A stretch of DNA of 64,000 nucleotides from assembly GCA_965221775.1 (NCBI GenBank), contig CBDCSU010000005.1:736001-800000 (forward strand). Direction: 5' to 3'. Shown here one piece after another: positions 56,268-64,000 of the stretch. Under the pieces are notes generated by a model, which did no database searches, was not told the DNA's origin, and saw only the letters and a program-made list of their open reading frames with translations. Origin of the DNA: Candidatus Latescibacterota bacterium. Lineage in GTDB: Bacteria; Latescibacterota; UBA2968; UBA8231. A program made the position numbers and the translations under genes. The stretch's first letter is position 1, and each line of letters begins with the position of its first letter.

Positions 56268-57905
56268 CTACTTCAAGTAGAGCAGCCGCTGCGTCTCCAC
56301 TCCGCCCGGATAGCTCAGGCGGGTGATGTAGACCCCCGACGACAGCGACACACCCTGCTCGTCGCGGGCATCCCACCGGACCCGGTAGGAGCCGGCGCCC
56401 TGGAGCTCGTCCACCAGCGTGCGCACCGGCTGGCCCAGCACATTGTAGATCACCAGCTGCACGGGACCGGGGCTCGACAAGCGATAGGCGATCTGGGTGG
56501 AGCTGTTGAAGGGGTTGGGCCCGCCGGGCGCCAGACCACTGGCCGCGGCCACCGCCTTGCCTGCGGCCAGTGGCTCGACGCGGACAACCCTCGCGCCGCC
56601 GCCCAGGGTCAGGCGCACGACGTGGCGCCGGTTCTGGTTGAGGGGAATGCTGCGCCAGCGGCCGACCGTTTCGCCGACGGCGTTGCGGACACGGGCCTGG
56701 TAGAAGCCGGTCACCCGCCTCGTGCTCGAGATGGTCAGGGAGATCTCGCCGTCGGCATCGGTGAAGCCGTTCCAGGCGTAATTGGGCCGGCGGCCGGAGG
56801 TGGCGCGGGAGAACTCGACGATGAACCCCTCGACGGCGTCGCCCAGGACCGTGACCTCCACTTCCGCACGGTAAACGGTCCTCCGGGCACGGTCGGGGTC
56901 ACCGGTATAGAACCCGGCACCGAGGACGTATTCCCGGCCCTGGAACGTGAACAGCTCCGCATACCCCACCTTGGGCGAACCGACGTCTTCATCTCCTGTC
57001 ACCGCAGGATCGTCGAAGTAGTACTCGACGAAGCCGCCGCCCGCCTGGGCCACCTTGATGAGCTCCTGGGCGACCTTGACTCCGTTGACATCCTCCCAAA
57101 GGGATGCATCTCTCAACTCTCGCGCCCTGTTGGCGCCGTGGAAGATCACATGGCCCTCGGTGGTGAAGAGAAAGAAGTAGATGGAACCGTCCCTCCAGGG
57201 CCCCCCTTCTTGCCTGAAGATGTCCTGATGGGGCAGGAGCTCATCGATCCCGACTTCTTCCAGAGCATTGAAATAGCTCTCCACCGTCCCGTGTACAAAA
57301 GCCTTGAGGGTTTCCCGATCCACCACGTCGGCGGCCGTGACCTCGGGGGGGGCGATGATCGAAGGATCGAAGGTCGCCGCAACGGCCTGCGAAGGGTCCT
57401 GGTAATAGCCGCCGATCAGGACCACCGTGGTAGCCGTTGTCCCGGAGGTATAGCTGGTGGCGTAGGCGATCTTCGCGGTCTCTTCGTCCCCCTCCTGCTC
57501 CGGATCGTCCCAGAAATACTCGACAAGGCCTCCGCCCATGTCGGCAGCCGCAAGGAGTTGCTGCACGACCTTGTTCCCACGGGCGTCCTCTGCTTCGTAC
57601 AGGTTCTTGCCGCTCGCAGTCGGGGCATCGGCATGAATGATCACCGTCCCGTTCGGCAACATGAGGATGAGGTACGTGTTCCCGTGCTTCCAGTCGCCCT
57701 CGGTACTGATGGTGGCCACATAGGACGGAAAGTCGTTGGGATCGGTAAACGTCGCCGACCATGCTTTGGCGCCTTCCACGAAGGCCGCCAGCGTTTCCGC
57801 GTCCACCACGTCGCGGGCCGTCACCTCCGGAGACTGGGCGGCGGCGGGGCGGGCAGCGACGAGGCCCGCCAACCCCACAAGGAGTGCTGCGGTCAGGTGT
57901 TTCAC
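56268..57905 (-). CDS. Secreted tandem Cache-domain protein with C-terminal Ig-like and FlgD-like domains
   Basis: Signal peptide AAA-Q. Two Cache repeats (DARGNKVV..GGGLVEYFWDDP..KIAYA; DVNGVKV..GGGFVEYYFDDP..KVGYA). PNPFNS C-terminal domain. Confidence 0.8.
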   Translation of the reverse strand: MKHLTAALLVGLAGLVAARPAAAQSPEVTARDVVDAETLAAFVEGAKAWSATFTDPNDFPSYVATISTEGDWKHGNTYLILMLPNGTVIIHADAPTASGKNLYEAEDARGNKVVQQLLAAADMGGGLVEYFWDDPEQEGDEETAKIAYATSYTSGTTATTVVLIGGYYQDPSQAVAATFDPSIIAPPEVTAADVVDRETLKAFVHGTVESYFNALEEVGIDELLPHQDIFRQEGGPWRDGSIYFFLFTTEGHVIFHGANRARELRDASLWEDVNGVKVAQELIKVAQAGGGFVEYYFDDPAVTGDEDVGSPKVGYAELFTFQGREYVLGAGFYTGDPDRARRTVYRAEVEVTVLGDAVEGFIVEFSRATSGRRPNYAWNGFTDADGEISLTISSTRRVTGFYQARVRNAVGETVGRWRSIPLNQNRRHVVRLTLGGGARVVRVEPLAAGKAVAAASGLAPGGPNPFNSSTQIAYRLSSPGPVQLVIYNVLGQPVRTLVDELQGAGSYRVRWDARDEQGVSLSSGVYITRLSYPGGVETQRLLYLK

Positions 57906-58004
57906 GATACTCTCCTCTTGGGTCTCACGGCGGAGGGCCTCTCTCTCGACGATTCGACGAAACCTGCAACAAATTGTCGCATTCTGCAACGGTCCTGGCT
58001 TCCC

Positions 58005-59444
58005 TCAGGGTTGATTCCGGCTGACCAGGAATTGTGACAACAAGGTGAGATTTCGGTTGAAGGTCCGGCAGCTGATGACCTCGGCGGCGATGGGGGCGTT
58101 GCGGTCCTCCGGGTTTCGCAGGCGCCCTTCCTCCAGCCAGCGGCCCTCCTCGTCGAGGGCGTCGACGATCGCCCGGACCCGTTCCTCGGAGACCGGGCGC
58201 ACCCGGGCGCGCTCGGCCAGGATGGCTTCCCGTCCTTCCTCGAGGATGCGCAGGTACAGGCTCTCGATGCGGTCCGTGCGGTTGCCCACCTTGAAGGCAT
58301 AGTGAGTCGGCGGATCCGCGTCGCTGTAGGTGAGGGCGTACTCCCTGGTGAAGTAGAGGGGCCGGTTGGTCTTCAACTCGTAGAACCGGGCCATGCGGCC
58401 ATCGGGCAGCCGCGAGGCCCGGGCCCAGGCCAGGGCCCGGGGGACCGGTTCGAGGAAGCGCGGCTCCCCGAAAGCGAGGTACAGCTCCAGCAGGATCCGC
58501 ATGACGCCGAAACTCTCGCCTCCGGTGATGGCGGGCGGCTCGAAGCGGCGCGCCCAGGCCGGCTCCATGTCGAGGTTGTACTGCTGCGCCCAGGCCGGCT
58601 GGGGATCGGGCATCTGGGCCAGGAGGATGAAGTCGCCGCCCCTCTCGGCGGCGCGGCGCCAGCGGTCGCCGCCGTAGATGTGGTGGGCCTCGATCATGGT
58701 GGCGATGACGTCGGGAATGGTATTGTCGTTGAAAGTGTAGTACGCGAGATAGCGCTCTTTGGGATGCTCCCGTGACCAGCTCTCCGGATAGCGAGCCTTG
58801 CGGACGGGGAACTCGCCGGGGTCGGGACGGCCGCTGTAACGCTGGGGCCAGGCGCCGTTGGGGTACTGGGCCTCAAGCAGCGACTCCAACCCGTAGAGGA
58901 CGGCGCGGTGCAGGTCGGCATCGGCAAAGCCGAGGTGCCTGTCGACCCGCATGAGCATCCGCAGGGCGCTCTGCGTGTTGTCGTCGTCCAGGGTCGAGCG
59001 GTTGCGGCGCTCTCCGGTGGTGGCGTCGCCCTCTTCGACATCGCGCCGGTAGTGCCATTTCCCGCTCGCCGCCGGGTCGAAGTCGATCCGGTAGTCCCAC
59101 CCCCCCGAAGCCAGTTGCCCCCAGGCCAGGGCTCGAGCCGCCTCGACGGCGCCGTCGAGGAAGAGGGTGTCGCCGGTGGCCTCGTACGCCCCGAGGAAGG
59201 CCATGCCCACGGAAGGCGTGCCCGGGGGCTGGACCCAGATGGTGGTGGGCGAGGCGATGCCCTCGCCTTCTCTTCGGGTGAGATCGCTCTTGTAGAGCCA
59301 GAGATAGCCGCCGTTGGCGGCCACATGGCCGCGGAAATACCGCGCCGCCTTGACCATGGTCTCCACGGCGGCTCTGCGCAGGGCCTCGTCGGCTTGGAGC
59401 GCGCTGCCTGACAACAGCAGGACCAGATAAGCGAACAGGTGCAT
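58005..59444 (-). CDS. Pectate lyase PL10 (PelA-like), secreted
   Basis: TLDDDNTQ, QYPNGAWPQ, TFNDN, WAQQY, PAWARRFEP. Confidence 0.82.
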   Translation of the reverse strand: MHLFAYLVLLLSGSALQADEALRRAAVETMVKAARYFRGHVAANGGYLWLYKSDLTRREGEGIASPTTIWVQPPGTPSVGMAFLGAYEATGDTLFLDGAVEAARALAWGQLASGGWDYRIDFDPAASGKWHYRRDVEEGDATTGERRNRSTLDDDNTQSALRMLMRVDRHLGFADADLHRAVLYGLESLLEAQYPNGAWPQRYSGRPDPGEFPVRKARYPESWSREHPKERYLAYYTFNDNTIPDVIATMIEAHHIYGGDRWRRAAERGGDFILLAQMPDPQPAWAQQYNLDMEPAWARRFEPPAITGGESFGVMRILLELYLAFGEPRFLEPVPRALAWARASRLPDGRMARFYELKTNRPLYFTREYALTYSDADPPTHYAFKVGNRTDRIESLYLRILEEGREAILAERARVRPVSEERVRAIVDALDEEGRWLEEGRLRNPEDRNAPIAAEVISCRTFNRNLTLLSQFLVSRNQP

Positions 59445-59619
59445 CCCGTCAGCCTCCTCGTTCTTCGGGAGGGGCCGCCAGAGGCGGCCTGCGCCGGGTG
59501 GACTGGAAGGGGTGGCCGGCCAGGACCGGCGCCTGGCCAGCCGAGGTGTGCCGGCAGGTGACGGCCGGGGACATGGAGACGCGCATGGCCTCTGGTTAGG
59601 CCGCCGTGGTGCCCCGGAG

Positions 59620-60333
59620 CTACGGCCGGCCCGCGGCCTTCAGGGCGCCGGCGAACTCGGCGCTGGTGGAGGTGTAGCCCACCACGTGCTCGAAGTTGCG
59701 CAGCATCACCTTGCGCAGCCACCCGCCCTCCTCGAGGGAGTCGTCGACGGTGTCGGGATACTCCGCCGAGGAGGTGCAGTCGCGCAGCATGATGACGCGG
59801 TAGTTGTGCTCCACCGCGCCGGCGCAGGTGAAGTAGAGGCAGGAGCGCTGCGAGAACCCCACGGCCACCAGGCTCTCTATGCCGTGGCAGCGCAGGTGGT
59901 AGTCGACGTGGGTCTCGTGGAAGCCCGACCACTCGCGCTTGGGGAAGTCGGGCTCGTGGGGCAGGGGCCGGATGGAGGGCGAGTAGTCCGGCTTCACCGG
60001 CTCGCGTGGCGGGGCCCCGCGGCGGCCGGCCTCCGCGTCTCCCCAGCGGGTGCCGTGGATCTCGCGCTTGATGCTGCCGGGCTCGTCGCACAGGGAGAAG
60101 TCGTTGTGGATGTAGATCACGTGCATGCCGGCCTCGCGCGCCGCCGCCAGGGCCGGGGCGATCCCCTCCTCCACGTACGGGTTCCCGGCGCCGCAGTCGC
60201 TGTCGACGATCATGAAGGCGGTGCGCTCCAGCTCCAGGTCCAGGGTGCCGTGGACGAGCCCGTCGTCCCGCGCCTCTCCCTTGTAGTAGCCGGCGCCGCG
60301 GTACCAGCGGACCGGCAGGGCCAGGACCGTCAC
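59620..60333 (-). CDS. Isochorismatase-family cysteine hydrolase
   Basis: MIVD, FPKREWSGF, VGFSQRSCL, LRDCT. GTGA overlap. Confidence 0.8.
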   Translation of the reverse strand: MTVLALPVRWYRGAGYYKGEARDDGLVHGTLDLELERTAFMIVDSDCGAGNPYVEEGIAPALAAAREAGMHVIYIHNDFSLCDEPGSIKREIHGTRWGDAEAGRRGAPPREPVKPDYSPSIRPLPHEPDFPKREWSGFHETHVDYHLRCHGIESLVAVGFSQRSCLYFTCAGAVEHNYRVIMLRDCTSSAEYPDTVDDSLEEGGWLRKVMLRNFEHVVGYTSTSAEFAGALKAAGRP

Positions 60334-61658
60334 CGGAAGACCTCCTTGGGCGGCGAGTTCGGGGGCCAGTAGCCCTCGGCGTCCTCGTCCCACTCGCGGC
60401 CGCACATGCGCGAGATGACCTTCCACTCCGCCGCCGTCAGGTGGCCGTGGTTGTGGAACAGGAAGCGCCGCAGGCCGGCCGCCTCCGAGGCCTCGAGGAT
60501 GCGCTTGAGGTCGCCCGCCGTCATCGGGTCGCCGCGGTGAGGCATGCGGCCCGTGTCGACCCAGGGCAGCACCTTCTCGGGCCGGCTCGCCGCGGCCAGG
60601 GCGCGGCGCGTCTCCTCGGCCACGGTCTCGTCGAAGAAGGCCTGGGGGAAGCCGTGGTCCATGTCGGCCCTGGACTCGACCTCCGGCAGGTCGGTGCCGA
60701 ACCAGGCGCGCACCACGGTGAAGCAGTCGGCCTCGGTCAGCCCCGGGTTCAGCTCCTTCACCTTCTCCACCCAGCGGGTGATGGTGCCGTAGAGGCCGTC
60801 GAAACCGCGCTGCCAGAAGTAGTGCTTCACCAGCATCAGGTCGAGGATCTCGTCCCAGGCGGCGTAGTCGATGCCGGTGATACCGGTGAACATGGCGGTG
60901 CGCAGGCCGTTGCCGAGAAGCAGCTTGCGCGGCAGCCGGTCGACCTCGGCGCGGAACGCCCGGCCCTCGGCGAGGCTCGCCTCGCGGCGCCAGCGCAGCC
61001 AGTGGAGGCCGTCCTCGCGCAGGTCGAAGAGGTTCACGGCCGAGAGCATGCCGTGGTGGCCGTAGTAGCGCACCCGCCGGGGGGTGAGCCGCGAGAACGC
61101 CTCCATCAGTTGACGGCGGCCGTTGTCCAGGCGGTCGGCGTCGTGGCCGGTGGCCTCCGCCCGGCGGCGGTCGGCGGCGGTGAGCTCGCGGAAGACGGCG
61201 CCGTACTCGTAGGGCAGCTCCGCCCAGCCGTCCATGACGCCGCCGTCGGCCTGGGGGAAGGCGCTGAACACGTCCTCCCACACGGCGGCGTGGGACAGGG
61301 CGCCGAAGGGATCGTGCCCGGGAGGTGCCGAGACGCTGTGGGTGCTCTGGCCGGGGCAGAACACGAGCACCGGCCAGCCCCGGCGCTTGACGTCGTCGAG
61401 CATGGCGTGGAGCTGCTTCTCCCGGGCCGCGTCGGGCTCCGCCGAAGCCGGCGCCAGCTCCAGGCCGCGCCGGCGGAAGGGCTCCGGGTCGGGGCGGAAG
61501 GCCGGCACCGTGAACCCGCCCTCGCCGTTGGCGAAGACCAGCCGCCCGAAGACGAGGCCGCGGATGCCGCCCGCGTCCCAGGCGTCGAGGATGCGCTCGT
61601 AGTCGTCGAGGACGTTCTCCAGGGGCTGTCCGATGCGGATCCAGGGTACCAGGGCCAT
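60330..61658 (-). CDS. Conserved hypothetical protein (probable TIM-barrel)
   Basis: Strong codon bias and GGAG SD. Motifs KHYFWQRGFDGLYGT and PWVDTGRMPHRGDP. Confidence 0.75.
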   Translation of the reverse strand: MALVPWIRIGQPLENVLDDYERILDAWDAGGIRGLVFGRLVFANGEGGFTVPAFRPDPEPFRRRGLELAPASAEPDAAREKQLHAMLDDVKRRGWPVLVFCPGQSTHSVSAPPGHDPFGALSHAAVWEDVFSAFPQADGGVMDGWAELPYEYGAVFRELTAADRRRAEATGHDADRLDNGRRQLMEAFSRLTPRRVRYYGHHGMLSAVNLFDLREDGLHWLRWRREASLAEGRAFRAEVDRLPRKLLLGNGLRTAMFTGITGIDYAAWDEILDLMLVKHYFWQRGFDGLYGTITRWVEKVKELNPGLTEADCFTVVRAWFGTDLPEVESRADMDHGFPQAFFDETVAEETRRALAAASRPEKVLPWVDTGRMPHRGDPMTAGDLKRILEASEAAGLRRFLFHNHGHLTAAEWKVISRMCGREWDEDAEGYWPPNSPPKEVFR

Positions 61659-61661
61659 GAT

Positions 61662-62372
61662 CTACTCCCCTCCCGCCACGGCGGTGGAGTCCGCGCCGGC
61701 GGTCGAGTCCGCCATGGCGCCGTACTGCTCCAGCAGCGACAGGCGCTCCTGCCTCTGCTGCCGTCTCCGCTCCGCCAGCTCCAGGCGCTCCAGCTCCTGC
61801 CGCTGGGAGCGGGTGAGGAGCTCCTCGAAACCGGTCCGGTGGCGCTCCTGTAGGTCCTCGTAGTCGTCGGGCGACGGCGGACGGCCTGCCTTCTTGAGGG
61901 CGGCCACCTCCCCGCGCAGCTCCGTAAGCAGCTGCAGCCACTGCCGCCGCTGCTGCGGCGACAGGTAGAGGACGTCCGCCAGCCCCATGGGCTCCAGGTG
62001 CTGTCCGGGATCGAGCCAGCGCTGCCGCTGGTAGCGGCGGGCCCGGTCGATGAGGGCCAGCTGGTCCGCGGTGAGCACCGAGTCCCGCCCCGCCCCGTAG
62101 GCGTCGATCGCCTGGCGGTAGCGCACCCGGCCCCCCCGGGGCGAGATGAGGCCCTCCGCGATCTGGAGGCGCAGCAGGTCGAGCTCCTCCTGCAGGCGCT
62201 GTCTAAGGTCCCGCAGAGACTGCCGCTGGGCGTCGCCGAGGTCGAGGGCCAGAACCAGGCGGCGGTGGAAGTCCTCCCGGAGGCTGTCGGTGTGGGCGGG
62301 GGAGGGCGGCTGTCCCGAGGCCGCGCCGGCGGCGAGGAGGCACAGCGTCAGCAGGCCGGTGAAGGGCCTCAT
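61662..62372 (-). CDS. Hypothetical exported helical protein with LTxxQ-like repeats
   Basis: Signal peptide. LGDAQ, LTADQ, LSPQQ, LTRSQ. Confidence 0.65.
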   Translation of the reverse strand: MRPFTGLLTLCLLAAGAASGQPPSPAHTDSLREDFHRRLVLALDLGDAQRQSLRDLRQRLQEELDLLRLQIAEGLISPRGGRVRYRQAIDAYGAGRDSVLTADQLALIDRARRYQRQRWLDPGQHLEPMGLADVLYLSPQQRRQWLQLLTELRGEVAALKKAGRPPSPDDYEDLQERHRTGFEELLTRSQRQELERLELAERRRQQRQERLSLLEQYGAMADSTAGADSTAVAGGE

Positions 62373-62383
62373 GGGTGAGCGCG

Positions 62384-63253
62384 TCAGACCTCGATGGCCT
62401 GGTCCAGGGCCCGCATGTAACCGACGGTCCACGCCAGCCCCGCCGCCGAGTCGCCGGCGATGGAGGGGTAGTGCTCGGGGTAGACCTGGCCCTTGTAGCC
62501 GATCCGCTTCAAGGCCCGGAAGCAGCCGGCCATGTCGACCTCGCCGGTGCCGAAGGCGACCTCCAGGTAGCCGAGCCGCTCGAAGCGCTCGCGCAGTTCC
62601 GGCGGCACCGGGCCGGCCGGGCGGGTCTCCACGTCGCGGGCGTGGAACATGAAGATGCGGTCCCCGTAGTCGAGGATGTTGGCCACCAGGTCGTCGCCGG
62701 CCATCTGCGACTTGCCCTGGCAGAAGGTGACGCCGGTGTTGGCGCTGGGGGCCTGGTCGAGGAGCCGCGACATCGACTCGTAGTTCCACAACAGGCGGTC
62801 GGGGACGTGGTAGTGATGGGTGGAGACCTTCACCCCCGCCGCCTCGGCGCGCTCGGCCAGGCCGCGGTAGTACTCCACCAGGCCCCGCCACAGGGCGGCG
62901 CGCTCGCCATCGTCGGCGAGGGGGTCGACGTTGAGGTAGAAATGCACATAGGGCACGCCCGCGGTCCCCATCGACTCCAGCAGCCGGCCCATGGACTCCA
63001 GCTCGCGCTCGCGCACCTCGGCGTCGGCGAAGGCCTGCTGGGGCACCCGCGGCGGCGTCAGCGCCGCCAGGGTCACGCCCTCGGCGGCGTACTCTCCGGC
63101 CAGGCGGGCCAGGTACCCCGCGTCCGGCGTAACTTCGTCGCCGGACGCGTCGGAGACGCTCAGCACGATGTGGCGCACCGCCGTGTCGCGGCAGAAGGCC
63201 CGGTTGCGCTCGTGGTCCCTGCCGAAGGGGGCGAAGATTCCGATATCGAGCAT
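62384..63253 (-). CDS. Mannonate dehydratase / xylose-isomerase-like TIM-barrel protein
   Basis: AEAAGVKVSTH, GVTFCQG, IFMFHARD, GEVDM, YPEH. Confidence 0.78.
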   Translation of the reverse strand: MLDIGIFAPFGRDHERNRAFCRDTAVRHIVLSVSDASGDEVTPDAGYLARLAGEYAAEGVTLAALTPPRVPQQAFADAEVRERELESMGRLLESMGTAGVPYVHFYLNVDPLADDGERAALWRGLVEYYRGLAERAEAAGVKVSTHHYHVPDRLLWNYESMSRLLDQAPSANTGVTFCQGKSQMAGDDLVANILDYGDRIFMFHARDVETRPAGPVPPELRERFERLGYLEVAFGTGEVDMAGCFRALKRIGYKGQVYPEHYPSIAGDSAAGLAWTVGYMRALDQAIEV

Positions 63254-63300
63254 GTGTTGAAGGATAGTCACGGCCGAGGGGCGCCGCCGAGGGTTGGCAT

Positions 63301-63332
63301 AAAAAAACCGGCGCGCCGCTGCGACGCGCCGG
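63301..63332 (-). terminator. Rho-independent terminator
   Basis: Stem ccggcgcg/cgcgccgg followed by U7 on the - strand. Confidence 0.85.
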
Positions 63333-63408
63333 GATACCACTTGGGCGCCGGCGAACCGCCGGCGCCGCGCCAGGTGGGCGACCACCTGGACCTACTGAAA
63401 CCGTCAGG

Positions 63409-63447
63409 TCAGGTGGTCGCACCTCCTGCGGGTATACAACTGCTCAC
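63409..63447 (-). CDS. Putative 12-aa peptide MSSCIPAGGATT
   Basis: GTG start 6 nt after the GGAGG core of a 15-nt extended SD. TGA stop lies inside a long hairpin. Confidence 0.4.
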   Translation of the reverse strand: MSSCIPAGGATT

Positions 63448-63652
63448 GGACCACCTCCTTTCGTATCGGCTGCGAGAGCCCTGGACACCGGCACCGGATT
63501 GCGGGGTGCCGCCGCAAGAGTGGGCCCGCGCGCTCATCCCTGGCCCTGCAGCGTTCGCCCGAAGGGCGGGATCAGGGGGCCAGTTGGCATTCTGCCCGGG
63601 GCCGGCGTCCTTCGCCGGCCCAGCGTGCGCGGTGTCGTGTCCGCGCCTCGCT

Positions 63653-63682
63653 AATCTACCTCGCCGCCCGAAACGAAGTCAA
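63653..63682 (-). promoter_or_regulatory. Sigma70-type promoter TTGACT-N18-TAGATT
   Basis: -35 at 63682-63677 and -10 at 63658-63653. Predicted +1 (~63646) coincides with the start of a 5' hairpin. Confidence 0.7.
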
Positions 63683-63701
63683 GAAGTTGTACACTTGGAT
63701 C

Positions 63702-64000
63702 ATGGATCAGAGCGCCCACACCGAGACCGCCATCGTCGGCGGCGGCCTCTGGGGGCTGGCGGCGGCCCACTTCCTGCGCCGGCTGGCCCCGGAGAGCGAG
63801 GTCTCGGTCTTCGAGGCGGCCCCGCGGCCGGGCGGCGCCGTGCGCACCCTTCGCCGCGACGGATTCCTCTTCGACGCCGGGCCCTCCAGCCTCCTCGACA
63901 ACTCCCCCGATCTGCGCCGGCTGCTGGCCGGCACCGGCCTGACCGGGCGACTGATCCAGGCGCGGGAGGCCGCCGCGCGGAACCGCTTCATCGTCCGCGA
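63702..64000 (+). CDS. hemY: Protoporphyrinogen/coproporphyrinogen oxidase (HemY/HemG-type flavoprotein), 3'-truncated
   Basis: IVGGGLWGLAAA FAD motif, VFEAAPRPGGAVRT..DGFLFDAGP, RNRFIV. Confidence 0.8.
   Translation, partial: MDQSAHTETAIVGGGLWGLAAAHFLRRLAPESEVSVFEAAPRPGGAVRTLRRDGFLFDAGPSSLLDNSPDLRRLLAGTGLTGRLIQAREAAARNRFIVR

Larger units (their letters stand above)
63301..63646 (-). ncRNA. Candidate ~345-nt structured RNA or small-peptide mRNA
   Basis: Bounded by a predicted sigma70 promoter and an intrinsic terminator. At least 7 hairpins. Extended SD GAAAGGAGGTGGTCC. Confidence 0.6.

Noticed and set aside
63395-63420. 'gaaaccgtcaggtcagg' resembles the SRP RNA domain IV lead-in; tmRNA, RNase P and 6S were also considered
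   Set aside because: There is no GGAAG-GAAGCAG loop, no tRNA-like ends or CCA, no GAGGAAAGTCC, and no single long rod with a central bubble.
63448-63462. GGACCACCTCCTTTC on the + strand resembles the 16S rRNA 3' end
   Set aside because: No other rRNA sequence flanks it. It is better read as an extended SD on the - strand.

Overview
High-GC bacterial chromosomal window. Three proteins with a 'PNPFN' FlgD-like C-terminal domain, a PorV-like barrel and many PhyH, sulfatase, sialidase and oxidoreductase genes suggest an FCB-group organism such as Latescibacterota or Gemmatimonadota, possibly a sponge-type symbiont (inference). Bases 1-7400 are a Type I restriction-modification defence island: hsdR(3' part), DUF433 antitoxin, hsdS, Phd antitoxin, a lower-GC Zn-ribbon plus PD-(D/E)XK nuclease cassette, a second Phd antitoxin, and hsdM. 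No cognate toxins are present, an antitoxin C-terminal segment is fused to HsdS, and the hsdM 3' end is duplicated. The rest is mostly carbohydrate/organic-substrate catabolism and transport: SodC, MFS, SSS, an Opp/Dpp ABC transporter, GH32, sialidase, a CE7 pair, CocE, an AKR pair, sulfatase and PL10. It also holds two lone defence-like inserts (HTH-ImmA plus DUF4411; ABC-ATPase/TOPRIM) and two secreted Cache-domain proteins that share a conserved C-terminal module. The least explained element is at ~63300-63646 (- strand): a highly structured ~345-nt transcription unit with its own predicted promoter and terminator, a 15-nt extended Shine-Dalgarno, a 12-codon ORF and a possible anti-SD switch. 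All calls come from reading motifs by eye; no database searches were run.
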